Below, one piece after another: positions 39,336 through 48,847 of a stretch of 62,310 nt of DNA (position 1 is the stretch's first letter; each line of letters opens with the position of its first letter). The translations under genes and the position numbers were made by a program. Origin of the DNA: Thermofilaceae archaeon (lineage in GTDB: Archaea; Thermoproteota; Thermoprotei; Thermofilales; Thermofilaceae); the NCBI GenBank assembly GCA_038727095.1, contig JAVYWK010000011.1, positions 1 to 62,310 of the forward strand, given 5' to 3'. The notes beneath the pieces are model-generated. The model had not been told where the DNA came from. It saw only the letters and a program-made list of their open reading frames with translations, and did not search any database.

Positions 39336-39547
39336 TCAACGCTACTACCATTTTCAACTCTGTTCAAGAACCTGCCGTGCGAAGCCCGCATTAGAACGTG
39401 CATGCGCACCATGCAACCGCTCCCGCCCTTTGTACAGTAATCTCTCAATGCGTGCTGGCGCATCCTCCATTCTTCAGGAGAGAGAAAAACGCAACGCACA
39501 CCTGAGCTGGTCAGGCAGTAGTAGGGGCACCCAAAGCTCTTGTGCAT
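39332..39547 (-). CDS. small Cys-rich protein
   Basis: CPYYC...C...C...C; stop overlaps the membrane gene start. Confidence 0.6.
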   Translation of the reverse strand: MHKSFGCPYYCLTSSGVRCVFLSPEEWRMRQHALRDYCTKGGSGCMVRMHVLMRASHGRFLNRVENGSSVE

Positions 39548-39592
39548 CGTGAAGCTCCTCCCCTATGTCTATTATGTGTAGCGTGCAGAAAA

Positions 39593-40093
39593 CTAGGTTC
39601 TGTTAAGGTAATTTACATATTTTTTTAGCTTTATAAGTGTATCTTGAAGGCTCTCTGGTATAACTTTAGTATTAGAGATTACTGGCATGAAATTAGTATC
39701 ACCTAACCAACGAGGCACCACGTGAATGTGAAGATGGGATTCTAGCCCTGCACCAGCAACCCTCCCCAGATTGACACCGATGTTGAAGCCATCTGGATCT
39801 AAAGCCCGCTTAAGTATTTCAACGCTCTCCCTAAGAACTTCAACCAATTCGTGGAGCTCATCTTTAGTGAGGGACGAGAAGTCCGGTGCGTGACGTGCTG
39901 GCGCAACCAGTAAATGGCCAGTGTTGTACGGGTATTTGTTCATCACAACAATCGCCCTAGATGTCTTAAAGAGGACAAAATGCTCATCGGGGTTAGGTGC
40001 AGTGAAAGCTTTGCAAATGAAACATTCCGCGTCCTTCTCTATTTTCGCGTACTCGATGTACTTCATTCGCCAGGGTGCCCAAAGGATGTCCAT
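39593..40093 (-). CDS. HIT family nucleotide hydrolase (Ap4A phosphorylase/FHIT-like)
   Basis: LWAPWR, CFIC, N.YPYNTGHL, HLHIHVVPRW.GDTNFMP. Start at MDIL. Confidence 0.93.
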   Translation of the reverse strand: MDILWAPWRMKYIEYAKIEKDAECFICKAFTAPNPDEHFVLFKTSRAIVVMNKYPYNTGHLLVAPARHAPDFSSLTKDELHELVEVLRESVEILKRALDPDGFNIGVNLGRVAGAGLESHLHIHVVPRWLGDTNFMPVISNTKVIPESLQDTLIKLKKYVNYLNRT

Positions 40094-40207
40094 AGCTTGG
40101 GGGAATGAATGAGCACCGATTTTAATTTGATGCCTACCAAGGCCCAAGAAGGCACCGGGCAGCCCAGACCAAGGTTTATAAACGATGGTGAAGCCACTCG
40201 TGGCGTT

Positions 40208-40837
40208 ATGAGCGAGCGGGTTTCGCGAGAAGCTCGTAGCAAGTGGGAGGCGAAGAAGTGGTTCAGAGTACTAGCACCCAGTGCCTTCGGGTTTGCCGAG
40301 ATAGCTCTGGTGCCGGCGAAGGATGCGACGACGCTAATCGGTCGTACTGTGGAGATTAGCTTCTTCGATATTACGAAAGACGTCTCGCAGCTACCAACAA
40401 AGCTGAAGTTTCAGATAGTGGATATAAAAGGCGATACCGTAAACACGCAGCTTAAGCAGATAGAGTTGACCAGGGACTACATAAGGAGCTTGGTTAGACG
40501 GGGGTCCTCTAGGATTGACGTGATAGTGGACGTTGAAACGGCTGATGGTGTTCGACTCAGAGTGATGGGCTTAGCTGTGACTCAAAGAAGGGTGAAAACC
40601 TCGCAGAAGAAAGCCATGAGGAAGATAATGTTTGACTTGATAGCTGGTAAGGCATCATCCATGAAGTTTGACGAATTCATCCAGGAGATTGTCCTAGGTA
40701 AGCTTGCCACTGAAATCGAGGTAGCCGTGAAGAAGATCTACCCCCTCAGGAAAGCTGAAGTACGGAAAGTAAAAGTTCTAACCAGTCCCTTCGAGGTAGT
40801 TAACTTAGTGCAAACCTTGAGCGCTGCTAGCCAGTAA
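40208..40837 (+). CDS. rps3ae: 30S ribosomal protein eS1 (S3Ae)
   Basis: KW..KKWF...AP..FG, GRTVE, DYIRSLVRRGSSRID, KKIYPLRK.EVRK. Start at ATG 40208. Confidence 0.96.
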   Translation: MSERVSREARSKWEAKKWFRVLAPSAFGFAEIALVPAKDATTLIGRTVEISFFDITKDVSQLPTKLKFQIVDIKGDTVNTQLKQIELTRDYIRSLVRRGSSRIDVIVDVETADGVRLRVMGLAVTQRRVKTSQKKAMRKIMFDLIAGKASSMKFDEFIQEIVLGKLATEIEVAVKKIYPLRKAEVRKVKVLTSPFEVVNLVQTLSAASQ

Positions 40838-41200
40838 AGAGAGAATTTCTAGGAGATCATCAACTGCGAGGCGCCTAGCTTCATCCACTGTAGGAGCCTT
40901 TCCGCTCTTAAAGAGGCAAAGCGCGTAGTAGCCGGTAGAGATCCTCTCTACGAGGAGGGGTAGAACATCGGTGAACCTCGCAACTATCATGCCTCGCTCG
41001 TCGATGAAAACATCGTCAGACACGCGGTGCAACCCCTTTACATTAATCTCCCGAAGATCATGGAAGAGCACTACGCCATACACAGTGGGGGTCTCAAGGC
41101 CTTTTGATATGGCAAGCCCCTCGAGTAAGCTGATCATCTTCCTAACAACACGATTCAGCTGACGTCGCTCCTCCTGCCCCTCTACCCCCACGTGATGCAA
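40805..41200 (-). CDS. hypothetical protein
   Basis: 131-aa ORF filling the gap downstream of the wHTH gene; start uncertain. Confidence 0.6.
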   Translation of the reverse strand: MHHVGVEGQEERRQLNRVVRKMISLLEGLAISKGLETPTVYGVVLFHDLREINVKGLHRVSDDVFIDERGMIVARFTDVLPLLVERISTGYYALCLFKSGKAPTVDEARRLAVDDLLEILSLLASSAQGLH

Positions 41201-41227
41201 TTCGCTTCTCCGCAGCCTAAACTTTAC

Positions 41228-41590
41228 TCACTTGACGTATGTTACAAGCTTAACCTTAGCAAATACAGATTCCAGATTCCCCGTCAATTCCCCTCGCTTC
41301 GCCAAGAACCACAGGGGGCTTTCCCTATTCACAGCGTACTTCACGCCGTGCGCAGTCCTCGAAAGCCTTCTAACAAGCCCCTGTGCATGAAGCTGCTCTA
41401 TCACCTCCTTTATCAGCGTGAGAACAACCGGGTGCGTCGGTAAACCTGCTTCACTAGCTATCTTCTTAGCGTTAAAGGTGAGCATGGACCCCTTCGTTGC
41501 GGATATCATATTCGCCAGAGTCTCAACGACTATCCTCTGGAGGCGAGCATAATCCCTATAGATCTCGGGGTTAAAGCGGTGCGCATTCAC
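41228..41590 (-). CDS. putative winged-helix protein
   Basis: NAKKIA..AGL...L.....L...GLV.......KYAV pattern. Confidence 0.65.
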   Translation of the reverse strand: MNAHRFNPEIYRDYARLQRIVVETLANMISATKGSMLTFNAKKIASEAGLPTHPVVLTLIKEVIEQLHAQGLVRRLSRTAHGVKYAVNRESPLWFLAKRGELTGNLESVFAKVKLVTYVK

Positions 41591-41782
41591 GATTGATCCG
41601 TTTAACTCGAGATTATAGCAGCGCCAGCCAGCTCTATTGATGTAACGCTAATAAGGATTCACATATTCTACGCGTAAACCCACCATTGAACTGTAACTCT
41701 AACCCTCAACTCCCCTGCTCAACGGAGGGACTTTAAGACATCTAAAATCAAGTTATCCCTTAGAGTGTGGGTTGCAACCAAC

Positions 41783-41804
41783 GAAAACCTTTAAAAAGGT
41801 TTTC
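41783..41804. promoter_or_regulatory. perfect 10-bp-arm inverted repeat over the PINA TATA box
   Basis: GAAAACCTTT-AA-AAAGGTTTTC, ending about 20 nt upstream of the PINA ATG. Confidence 0.55.
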
Positions 41805-41824
41805 TGCAGTCGACGCTGAAGCTG

Positions 41825-43384
41825 ATGGAGGAGAGGCTGTTCATAGCTGATACGTCATCGATAGTTAGCGGAGCTCTCCGCAAAGCCCTTGAAGAGGGAA
41901 GGATAGAGGGCAAGCTAGTTGTACACTCGCTGCTAGTATCGCACTTTGAGCGCCTAGCTCGAGAGGGGGCTTACCGGGGCTTCGTCGGGCTTAGGGAGAT
42001 TGAGCGTATAAGGGAGATCTGTGAAGGGCTCTCGATAGACATAGAGTACGTCAGAGACCTTCCTGAGGGTTTACGCTGGTCGCGTGAGGTCGACATCGAC
42101 GAGGTTGTTCGCGAACTGGCTTTGGACCTAAACGCTACGTTAGTTACGGCCGATCAGATATCCTCGGAGGCGGCACAAGCGGCGGGCGTCAACGTAATGC
42201 TCCTGGAGCCCCGGAAGAAGAATGGTTTCATCCTGGATGAGTTCTTCACCGACAACACCCTCTCCGTACACTTGAAGGAGGGAGCGAAGCCCTACGCTAA
42301 GGTTGGGCGCCCGGGTAAGTGGTACTTCACTCTGCTTAGAGACGAACCGCTAGCACGCGAAGAGCTGGAGGCCATCGCGAACGAGATAATAGAGCGAGCA
42401 AAGGGCAACAGCAACGCCTTCATCGAGAGCGAGCGCCCTGGTTCTACCATCGTTCAGATAGGGAAGTACAGGATAGTCATTACCAGACCACCGCTCTCCG
42501 ATGGCATGGAAATCACGGCTGTACGACCGATAGTCAAGCTCTCGCTCGATGACTACCATTTGCCACCGAAGTTGCTCATCAGGCTGGAGAAGCAGGCGGA
42601 GGGGATACTCATCGCGGGAGCGCCCGGCATGGGGAAGACCACCTTTGCTCAAGCTCTAGCTGAATTCTACCGATCTAGGGGGAAAGTGATCAAAACGATC
42701 GAGTCGCCCAGGGATATGCAGCTCCCCGCCGACGTAACTCAGTACTCAAAGGCTTATGCGACCTCTGAGGAGCTCCACGACGTCCTGCTCCTCTCGAGAC
42801 CCGATTATACGTTCTTCGACGAGATGAGGGATACGAAGGACTTCGAGCTTTTCGCCGACCTAAGACTGGCTGGCGTCGGAATGGTAGGCGTTGTTCACGC
42901 TACAAGCCCAATAGACGCGATACAACGGTTCATAGGTCGAGTAGAGCTAGGGATGATACCCTCAATCATCGACACCGTGATATTCATCGAAGATGGAGAA
43001 GTGAAGAAAGTGTACGAGCTCGAAACGTTAGTCAAAGTACCGTACGGGCTACGGGAGGAGGATCTAGCGCGGCCGGTAGTGGTAGTTAAGGATTTCATGA
43101 CGGGTGAAGCGGAGTACGAACTCTACGTGTTCGGTGAAAGGACTTTCGTCGTACCGATTAAGAGGGAAAGACGGACCGATGAAGTCGCTAAGTCACGCAT
43201 CATCACTATGCTCAGGAAGTACCTCCCCGATGCCGATTTCGAAGTCAAGGTCGAGGAACACCGAGTGGTCCTCCTAGTGGATGAAGAGTACTACAACTAC
43301 GTCGTCGGTAAGCCGCGCAAGAAGCTTGAACGCATGGCTCGAAGGCTCGGATTAGAGCTTGAGATAATCCCGCGCTTCGCTTAA
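41825..43384 (+). CDS. PINA: PIN-domain P-loop ATPase with KH domain
   Basis: PIN (DTSS, LVTAD), SVHLKEG..P..K.G.PG, GAPGMGKTTFAQAL, DLRLAGVGMVGVVHA, C-terminal KH-like region. Confidence 0.93.
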   Translation: MEERLFIADTSSIVSGALRKALEEGRIEGKLVVHSLLVSHFERLAREGAYRGFVGLREIERIREICEGLSIDIEYVRDLPEGLRWSREVDIDEVVRELALDLNATLVTADQISSEAAQAAGVNVMLLEPRKKNGFILDEFFTDNTLSVHLKEGAKPYAKVGRPGKWYFTLLRDEPLAREELEAIANEIIERAKGNSNAFIESERPGSTIVQIGKYRIVITRPPLSDGMEITAVRPIVKLSLDDYHLPPKLLIRLEKQAEGILIAGAPGMGKTTFAQALAEFYRSRGKVIKTIESPRDMQLPADVTQYSKAYATSEELHDVLLLSRPDYTFFDEMRDTKDFELFADLRLAGVGMVGVVHATSPIDAIQRFIGRVELGMIPSIIDTVIFIEDGEVKKVYELETLVKVPYGLREEDLARPVVVVKDFMTGEAEYELYVFGERTFVVPIKRERRTDEVAKSRIITMLRKYLPDADFEVKVEEHRVVLLVDEEYYNYVVGKPRKKLERMARRLGLELEIIPRFA

Positions 43385-43396
43385 ACTTCAGGTTGG

Positions 43397-44029
43397 TTAA
43401 GGCGAGATAAATCCATCAAGTACCGCATGTATAAACGTTATACAAGATTCTGTGAAGTATGGTGTCGATCCTAAGCTTAGCCACGTAATGCCTTGCGACT
43501 TTAACCATCTCTCCGTTTGTGCATCAATGCCCTTATGATCGCCCAAGATGAAGGCTGAACCCTCCTTTAATCTCAGCATCGAGACATCTAACCCTAGCTC
43601 GTGTAGATAATACACGTTTTCCTTTCCGTACGCCTTAAGCAGTGACAAAACGAGATCCTCGAACGTAAAGTTGTAGACCACTACACCTCTTGTAGGAGTC
43701 CCGCAAACCACTTGACGTACGAGTATACCAAACTCCGCCTCACTCTCGAACCTCGTGCCCAAATTCTCACCGTCAAGCTCGAGTACGAAAGGCTTAGATC
43801 GCCCCTCAAGTACTGCATAGAACACCGTATCCTTGCGAACACCTGCCCTGTCAATTAGGGCGGCTATAGCCGATCTAGCAACCACGTCGAGACGCCCGTA
43901 AGAGGAGAGAGCGTTAATATTCATCGATGAATCAACGTAGGCTTGGTTGGCCTTTACAATGAAAACCCTTTTCTTTCTCGAGCCTTTATCAATTTCAATA
44001 GCGCCAAGAATAGTTTCTTGAAGGGTCAT
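43397..44029 (-). CDS. trmY: tRNA pseudouridine(54)-N1-methyltransferase TrmY-like (SPOUT)
   Basis: GRLDVVAR, YYLHE.G, FILGDH.G, SLG...Y....CIT. Confidence 0.82.
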   Translation of the reverse strand: MTLQETILGAIEIDKGSRKKRVFIVKANQAYVDSSMNINALSSYGRLDVVARSAIAALIDRAGVRKDTVFYAVLEGRSKPFVLELDGENLGTRFESEAEFGILVRQVVCGTPTRGVVVYNFTFEDLVLSLLKAYGKENVYYLHELGLDVSMLRLKEGSAFILGDHKGIDAQTERWLKSQGITWLSLGSTPYFTESCITFIHAVLDGFISP

Positions 44030-44317
44030 TCAGCTTAATGGAAGTCTCTTTTTCCTTTCATCTTCGGGCCGTATCTTTATGATACCTCTAAAGATAGCGC
44101 ACCGTATGCACAAGTTCCTCGTAACCTCGTACGTCGGTATAATCGCTCCCTTACCGCGCAGCTCATTCGCCAGCTGAGGGTCTATTGGAGCATACTTCCT
44201 GGTCACTTTCACGATCTTCGAGCGAGGTACAAGGGCTCCGCACTCGTCGCATTGAACCAGAGGTTCCTTCCCTTTGTCCCCCTTGTGCCTGCCTCTGCTT
44301 TTCCTTTTCTTCGGCAT
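44030..44317 (-). CDS. rps26e: 30S ribosomal protein eS26
   Basis: MPKKRKSRGRHKGDKG...CDECG..VP..K, C..CAI..GI...R. Confidence 0.95.
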   Translation of the reverse strand: MPKKRKSRGRHKGDKGKEPLVQCDECGALVPRSKIVKVTRKYAPIDPQLANELRGKGAIIPTYEVTRNLCIRCAIFRGIIKIRPEDERKKRLPLS

Positions 44318-44412
44318 CTTTTCTCGCAGGAAGCCCTATGGATCCACTATATAAAGCGATCTAAACCTGGTTCCACGAAACACTCAAAAAGTCAGTACTC
44401 ACAGCCCCCTTC

Positions 44413-44589
44413 GTGGCTCACATACCCAAGGTATTAGTCATAGGTAGATGCGTGCGGTGCGGAAAGAAGCTCTACAGGGGTGATGAAATGTACAAGTGCT
44501 CAAAATGCGAGATACTGTACTGCCCCATCTGCTACAAAAAGCTGCACGGCAAGTGCCAGATCTGCCTTACGCCTCTTGAAGCTGCTTAG
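44413..44589 (+). CDS. small C4C4 RING-like zinc-finger protein (58 aa)
   Basis: Own translation from GTG: MAHIPKVLVIGRCVRCGKKLYRGDEMYKCSKCEILYCPICYKKLHGKCQICLTPLEAA*. Four CxxC pairs; absent from the ORF track. Confidence 0.85.
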   Translation: MAHIPKVLVIGRCVRCGKKLYRGDEMYKCSKCEILYCPICYKKLHGKCQICLTPLEAA

Positions 44590-46450
44590 AGTTAAGGAGC
44601 GGACGGACCAGATACTCGGAGAGAGGGCAAACGTTGTGGCAAACTCCGCATCTTGTGCACTTCGAAGCATCAACCTTTAACCGCCCTTCCTCCAGCTTCA
44701 CTGCGCCAGTAGGACACCAAAGCACGCATGAGCCGCAGTTTAAGCACAGCAAAGCTCTCGCCACAGAAGAAGCGATCTTCCAGACGTCGGCTTCCCCCTC
44801 GATTTCAACCACAAGCCTATCATGTCCCTGACGAACCTCGATTAACGCCTTGCCGAGCGCGAAACCGGATGATGAGTATTCAACCTCGCCTATCGTTGAA
44901 AGCAAGCCCAATAGAGTGGCTAAGTCCGTGCTCGCGTTGGGCTTCCTGATTTCAACCGTGAACCCCCCTTCCTTAGTTTTAACTGCAATCGGTCTCACGC
45001 GCTCTGCTCGCGTTTCACCCCCAGCTAGGCGAATTATGTCACCTGGCGGATTAACCCATCGCCAAAGACCCAGTTTTACCCAATCATCTCCGTACCCGCA
45101 GGCCTTAGCATACTCATTGAGTACCTTTTCCCAAGATCTCCAGAGCTCCGGCTTCACCTTCTTCAACCGATCGATCTCTCCTAACTCAATTGCAGGGCAA
45201 AGCCAGCAGCCGAGCCTATCGAACCCCTTGAAGTAGAGGTTGTTCACCGTGAGTTTTTCTTTGAAGATGAGGAGCCAGACGTCGAGAGCTGACCAATCTT
45301 GTATGGGGGCCGCTACTAGGGTCATGGGTATCCACTTGTTCCTGTAAACTCTCGGGCTCAGAGCCCTCGCAGCAGATTCGTAGCGCCGCTGACCCACTAT
45401 GCTTAGCACTTCTCCCCCTAAACGTTCTTTGATTGCGCGCGCTGTCGGTACCAGCTTGCAGACCTTACAGCACCACCTGTAGTCGCGTGCAGGTGGGCCC
45501 ATCACGTTGAGCGAGCTCCAGAAGGCTTTGCCGGCATCGGCTAGTATAAGCTCTGCCCCCGCACGCTTGGCGAAGCTCTTTACGTACTCGACAGTCTCTG
45601 GCAGTTCTAAGCCTGTGTCGTTGAAGAGTAATGGAACTTTTCCGAAGGCCTTCTCAGCCAGTCTATACGCCACGAGGCTGTCCTTGCCACCAGAGAAGCT
45701 GACGATCGGTTTGAAGCCGGTCTTTGATGCCACGCTGCGCAAGAAATCGACGGCTTCCTGCTCGAGGAGAGAGAGGCGGGACTCGTTCGCCTTGACGGCG
45801 TCAAGCCACGTGGGGTTGGAACTGTTCCACCGGTAACGTTTTGCTTTCCAACTTTTTAAAACCCTGATCCAACCCCTTTCCGTTAGTACCCCGACGCCTT
45901 CAACACCCGAACGCGTTGCTAATGCTATGAATCGCCTCTCTCGTCTCGAGGGAAGACTCGCTTCAATGATCTTATCCCTATGAATCTCGTAGTTTCTGAC
46001 CAGCGTCGGTAAATCAACAATAGCGTAATACCCCATCCCCTCTTTAATGAGGGCTGAGACGCCAACGTAGATCGGCTTGAACCTCCACCTTTTCTCCATC
46101 ACATCGTAGTACCTGTGGCCAACTACGTAACCGTCGACTACCACTTCTTCCGCTACGTCAGGGTAGGGAATCTTGTTAAGCAGAACTATCCTGCGCCTGG
46201 GGTAGGGGATCGAACCCAGCTCGCTGCGTATCAGCTCCCATAAATGAACGTAGTCGACCCCCAAGGCGGGTCGAGCATCGGCTGGTGGCGTCACCTTAAC
46301 TGGTCGGCCCTCATGCTTGCACAGGCCGCAGAAGCGTGTTAAAAGGGGTACGTTGCAGTTATCGCACCAGAATATTCTAGCTCCTACGCGTGCAAGGATT
46401 CGGTGGGCGCGAGCCCCTAGCCCATGTTTCAGGCGGTCAGTTGGGAGCAC
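44567..46450 (-). CDS. PAPS/APS reductase-family protein with N-terminal Zn finger and C-terminal ferredoxin
   Basis: WC..CNVPL, SFSGGKDS, RWCC..CK, R.GCW.CP, CxxCxxCxxxCP twice. Confidence 0.9.
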   Translation of the reverse strand: MLPTDRLKHGLGARAHRILARVGARIFWCDNCNVPLLTRFCGLCKHEGRPVKVTPPADARPALGVDYVHLWELIRSELGSIPYPRRRIVLLNKIPYPDVAEEVVVDGYVVGHRYYDVMEKRWRFKPIYVGVSALIKEGMGYYAIVDLPTLVRNYEIHRDKIIEASLPSRRERRFIALATRSGVEGVGVLTERGWIRVLKSWKAKRYRWNSSNPTWLDAVKANESRLSLLEQEAVDFLRSVASKTGFKPIVSFSGGKDSLVAYRLAEKAFGKVPLLFNDTGLELPETVEYVKSFAKRAGAELILADAGKAFWSSLNVMGPPARDYRWCCKVCKLVPTARAIKERLGGEVLSIVGQRRYESAARALSPRVYRNKWIPMTLVAAPIQDWSALDVWLLIFKEKLTVNNLYFKGFDRLGCWLCPAIELGEIDRLKKVKPELWRSWEKVLNEYAKACGYGDDWVKLGLWRWVNPPGDIIRLAGGETRAERVRPIAVKTKEGGFTVEIRKPNASTDLATLLGLLSTIGEVEYSSSGFALGKALIEVRQGHDRLVVEIEGEADVWKIASSVARALLCLNCGSCVLWCPTGAVKLEEGRLKVDASKCTRCGVCHNVCPLSEYLVRPLLNSKQLQEA

Positions 46451-46500
46451 AAGGGCCTTATTTCACCCGTCAATCGCGCGAAACCCTCTTCATTCCAGCT

Positions 46501-47220
46501 TTACAGCTGCTTGAGTCCGCTTATTAAATTTGTGATTTCGGCCTGCTGCAGCACTTTGAAGACTTGATCCTTCACAGCAATGATGCCCATCTCTACTTTC
46601 GCGGGGGTTATCCCGCCCTCCACTGTCTTATCTAGCACCTTAAGAGCTAGGAGGGTTGCCTCATCCAGCGTCATCTGCCCATCGTATGATTGCTCAAGAA
46701 CTTCCATCGCTGCTTGAGAGTTAGCCCCCACTGCTGCTGCCTTGTAGCTCATATAGCTGCCGCCAGGGTCGGTCATGATAAGGTGAACACCCCTCCTATC
46801 GACACCGGCTATAAGGAAGGCTACGCCGAAAGGCCTAACCCCCCCGTGCTGGGTGTAAACCTGCTTTATGTCGCAGATCCTTTTAGCCAGCAGCTCAACG
46901 GGTATCTTCTCACCGTAGGTGAGCCTATAAATCTGCGCGTAGACCCTCGCATCGTCTATCAAGACCCTGGCATCACCGAAGAGGCCCGAGAAGGCAAGGC
47001 CGATGTGGTCGTCCACCCTCTTTATCTTCTCGGCGCTCTCAGCGAGCAGGGATGGTTGGCGCTTCTCGGCGGCTAGTATGACGCCTTCGGCCGTCTTAAT
47101 GCCGATCGTTATCGATCCCTTCCGAACGGCTTCGTGCGCGTACTCAACTTGGAACAGTCTACCATCAGGGGAGAAGAGGGCTACAGCCCTATCGTACCCG
47201 ACTCCCGGTGGCGTAAACAC
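46501..47220 (-). CDS. psmA: proteasome subunit alpha
   Basis: GYDRA...FSPDGRLFQVEYA, YTQHGGVRPFG. Start at GTG 47220. Confidence 0.97.
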   Translation of the reverse strand: MFTPPGVGYDRAVALFSPDGRLFQVEYAHEAVRKGSITIGIKTAEGVILAAEKRQPSLLAESAEKIKRVDDHIGLAFSGLFGDARVLIDDARVYAQIYRLTYGEKIPVELLAKRICDIKQVYTQHGGVRPFGVAFLIAGVDRRGVHLIMTDPGGSYMSYKAAAVGANSQAAMEVLEQSYDGQMTLDEATLLALKVLDKTVEGGITPAKVEMGIIAVKDQVFKVLQQAEITNLISGLKQL

Positions 47221-47346
47221 GTGACCACCACAATGAGGGGGGAGTATGTGCTTAAAAAGCTTGACAGTACTGCTCCCCCCTCCGGATTCCTGATTCGTGG
47301 AAGCAACTGTTCGAACCTGAAGAGGGCCCACGCGTAAGCTAGTGGA

Positions 47347-47652
47347 CTAGGGCACTGAACTATTCACAATCGAACTCTGAATCTCTCTAGCCTTCTTCAA
47401 TGTACCCGTCACCTTCAAGACTCTAATTATGGGTTCTGGATAAACGGCGACAGCAGCTCTAAAAAGAGGTAAACCTTCTCTCTTCACCCTCACTATCGCC
47501 AACTTCTTGTCTTCTTTTACCTCTATCACGCTCACTCCAACCTCCGCCAATCCTCGTAACCCCCAAAGCTCCATCACGGCTCGTGTGAGAACTTCTTCAA
47601 GATTCTGAACCCTGTTTGTGGCAACGACTAAATACCTGAAAGTGCCTTTCAC
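47347..47652 (-). CDS. rnp2: ribonuclease P protein component 2 (Pop5)
   Basis: RYLV, L.G..G, IVR, VTGTLKKA; position between rnp3 and psmA. Confidence 0.85.
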   Translation of the reverse strand: MKGTFRYLVVATNRVQNLEEVLTRAVMELWGLRGLAEVGVSVIEVKEDKKLAIVRVKREGLPLFRAAVAVYPEPIIRVLKVTGTLKKAREIQSSIVNSSVP

Positions 47653-48398
47653 CGAATCCCACCCGCGGATTCCTTCCCGATGATCTTTACACCGCGCACT
47701 GGGATGATGCCTGCCAGCTTCTCACGGCTTTCGGTAACTAAATCTAAAGCATTTTTAGACAAAGCATCTAACGCGTACTCGTACGGTATGCCTATTGTGT
47801 GAAGCAAGGCGGCCATCGACCTAGCGTCGCGTAGGCTCCTTACTTCTGTTGCACCCGAAGAGAACAGCAGCGAGATATCGGGCCTCCGCCCCTTAGCGAG
47901 CTTCCCTAGAACTGCCAAGTAGTAAGAAAGGGTGCTAGCTCTCACGCGCGCATCACCCTCCTGGAGAGGTGCTAAGAGCAGTTCCACCCGTTTTCCATAT
48001 TCCTTCATGTACATTAGATCCCCCTTGAGCAAGCGAGCTCCGGGAACGAGAGTGAGGACGTCCACGCGAGTATCTCTGCACGCGAAAGCCGTTAGCTGCC
48101 TATTCATGGCGTGAACGGTTATCAGTTCGACGCGCGTACGCCACCTCCTCAAGATTTTCTTCGCGAGACCCTCCTTCATTGGCACATCAATGCTCAGTCT
48201 CGTAACAACATCTAAACCCTCTTCCCTGCCCCGCTCCCTCAACTGTTCGAACATCTTCATTGCGGCTTCAGGCGACTCGAGGAAAAGTTGAGCGCTGATC
48301 GAGGCTCCTACGCCAGAGAAACCTAACTCGCGCATGTAGCTTAGAGTTTCCGGGGTTAGTAGATCGGCAGAAACAAGCAAATCGTAGAACTTCCTCAT
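47649..48398 (-). CDS. rnp3: ribonuclease P protein component 3 (Rpp30)
   Basis: FYDL, AC.D.RVD.L, SSGA.....LR; synteny with rpl15e-rnp2-psmA. Confidence 0.85.
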   Translation of the reverse strand: MRKFYDLLVSADLLTPETLSYMRELGFSGVGASISAQLFLESPEAAMKMFEQLRERGREEGLDVVTRLSIDVPMKEGLAKKILRRWRTRVELITVHAMNRQLTAFACRDTRVDVLTLVPGARLLKGDLMYMKEYGKRVELLLAPLQEGDARVRASTLSYYLAVLGKLAKGRRPDISLLFSSGATEVRSLRDARSMAALLHTIGIPYEYALDALSKNALDLVTESREKLAGIIPVRGVKIIGKESAGGIR

Positions 48399-48847
48399 AC
48401 CTGTCTCAGTACGTCAAGCCCCCTGCTTCGAACCTCGTTTAAGGCGTGGCGGGATAGCTTCACCTTCACCTTTATCACATCGTCACCGTCGTAAACTCTC
48501 ATCCTACCAAGGTAGGCGTTCTGCTTATCAAATCTCACGTGGAGGTTCCCAGAGGAGTCTATGCGTTGTTCCAGAGTGGCTTCAACTCTCCTTAAATCCT
48601 CGTGAGGGAGTTTCTCTAGAATCGCTTTAAGCAGCGTACTCGCTAGTTCGGGCTTATCCACCACCAGCTTTAACACGTGTATTATGTTCCCATAGAAGCC
48701 CTGAAGCATCGACACTTTGATCCCTTCTTCAACCTCGTGTCGAAGATCACTGGGGAAGAGGTTCAACAGGGCAGTTCTTACTTTTTCTAAGTTCTCAGTA
48801 GCGTGGCAGAACACCGTTGCTTCAAGACGAAGCGCTTCCCTGCTCAT
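48395..48847 (-). CDS. DUF54 family RNA-binding protein
   Basis: FCHATE..EKV..AL, GFYGN.I, L..RFDKQ.AY.G, D.IKV. Confidence 0.87.
   Translation of the reverse strand: MSREALRLEATVFCHATENLEKVRTALLNLFPSDLRHEVEEGIKVSMLQGFYGNIIHVLKLVVDKPELASTLLKAILEKLPHEDLRRVEATLEQRIDSSGNLHVRFDKQNAYLGRMRVYDGDDVIKVKVKLSRHALNEVRSRGLDVLRQV

Noticed and set aside
44480-44680. 66-aa ORF-track entry
   Set aside because: Wrong frame. The 8-Cys frame 44413-44589 explains this region better.
47262-47320. Two CTGA boxes spaced like D' and D between rnp2 and psmA
   Set aside because: No recognisable C box at the expected position.
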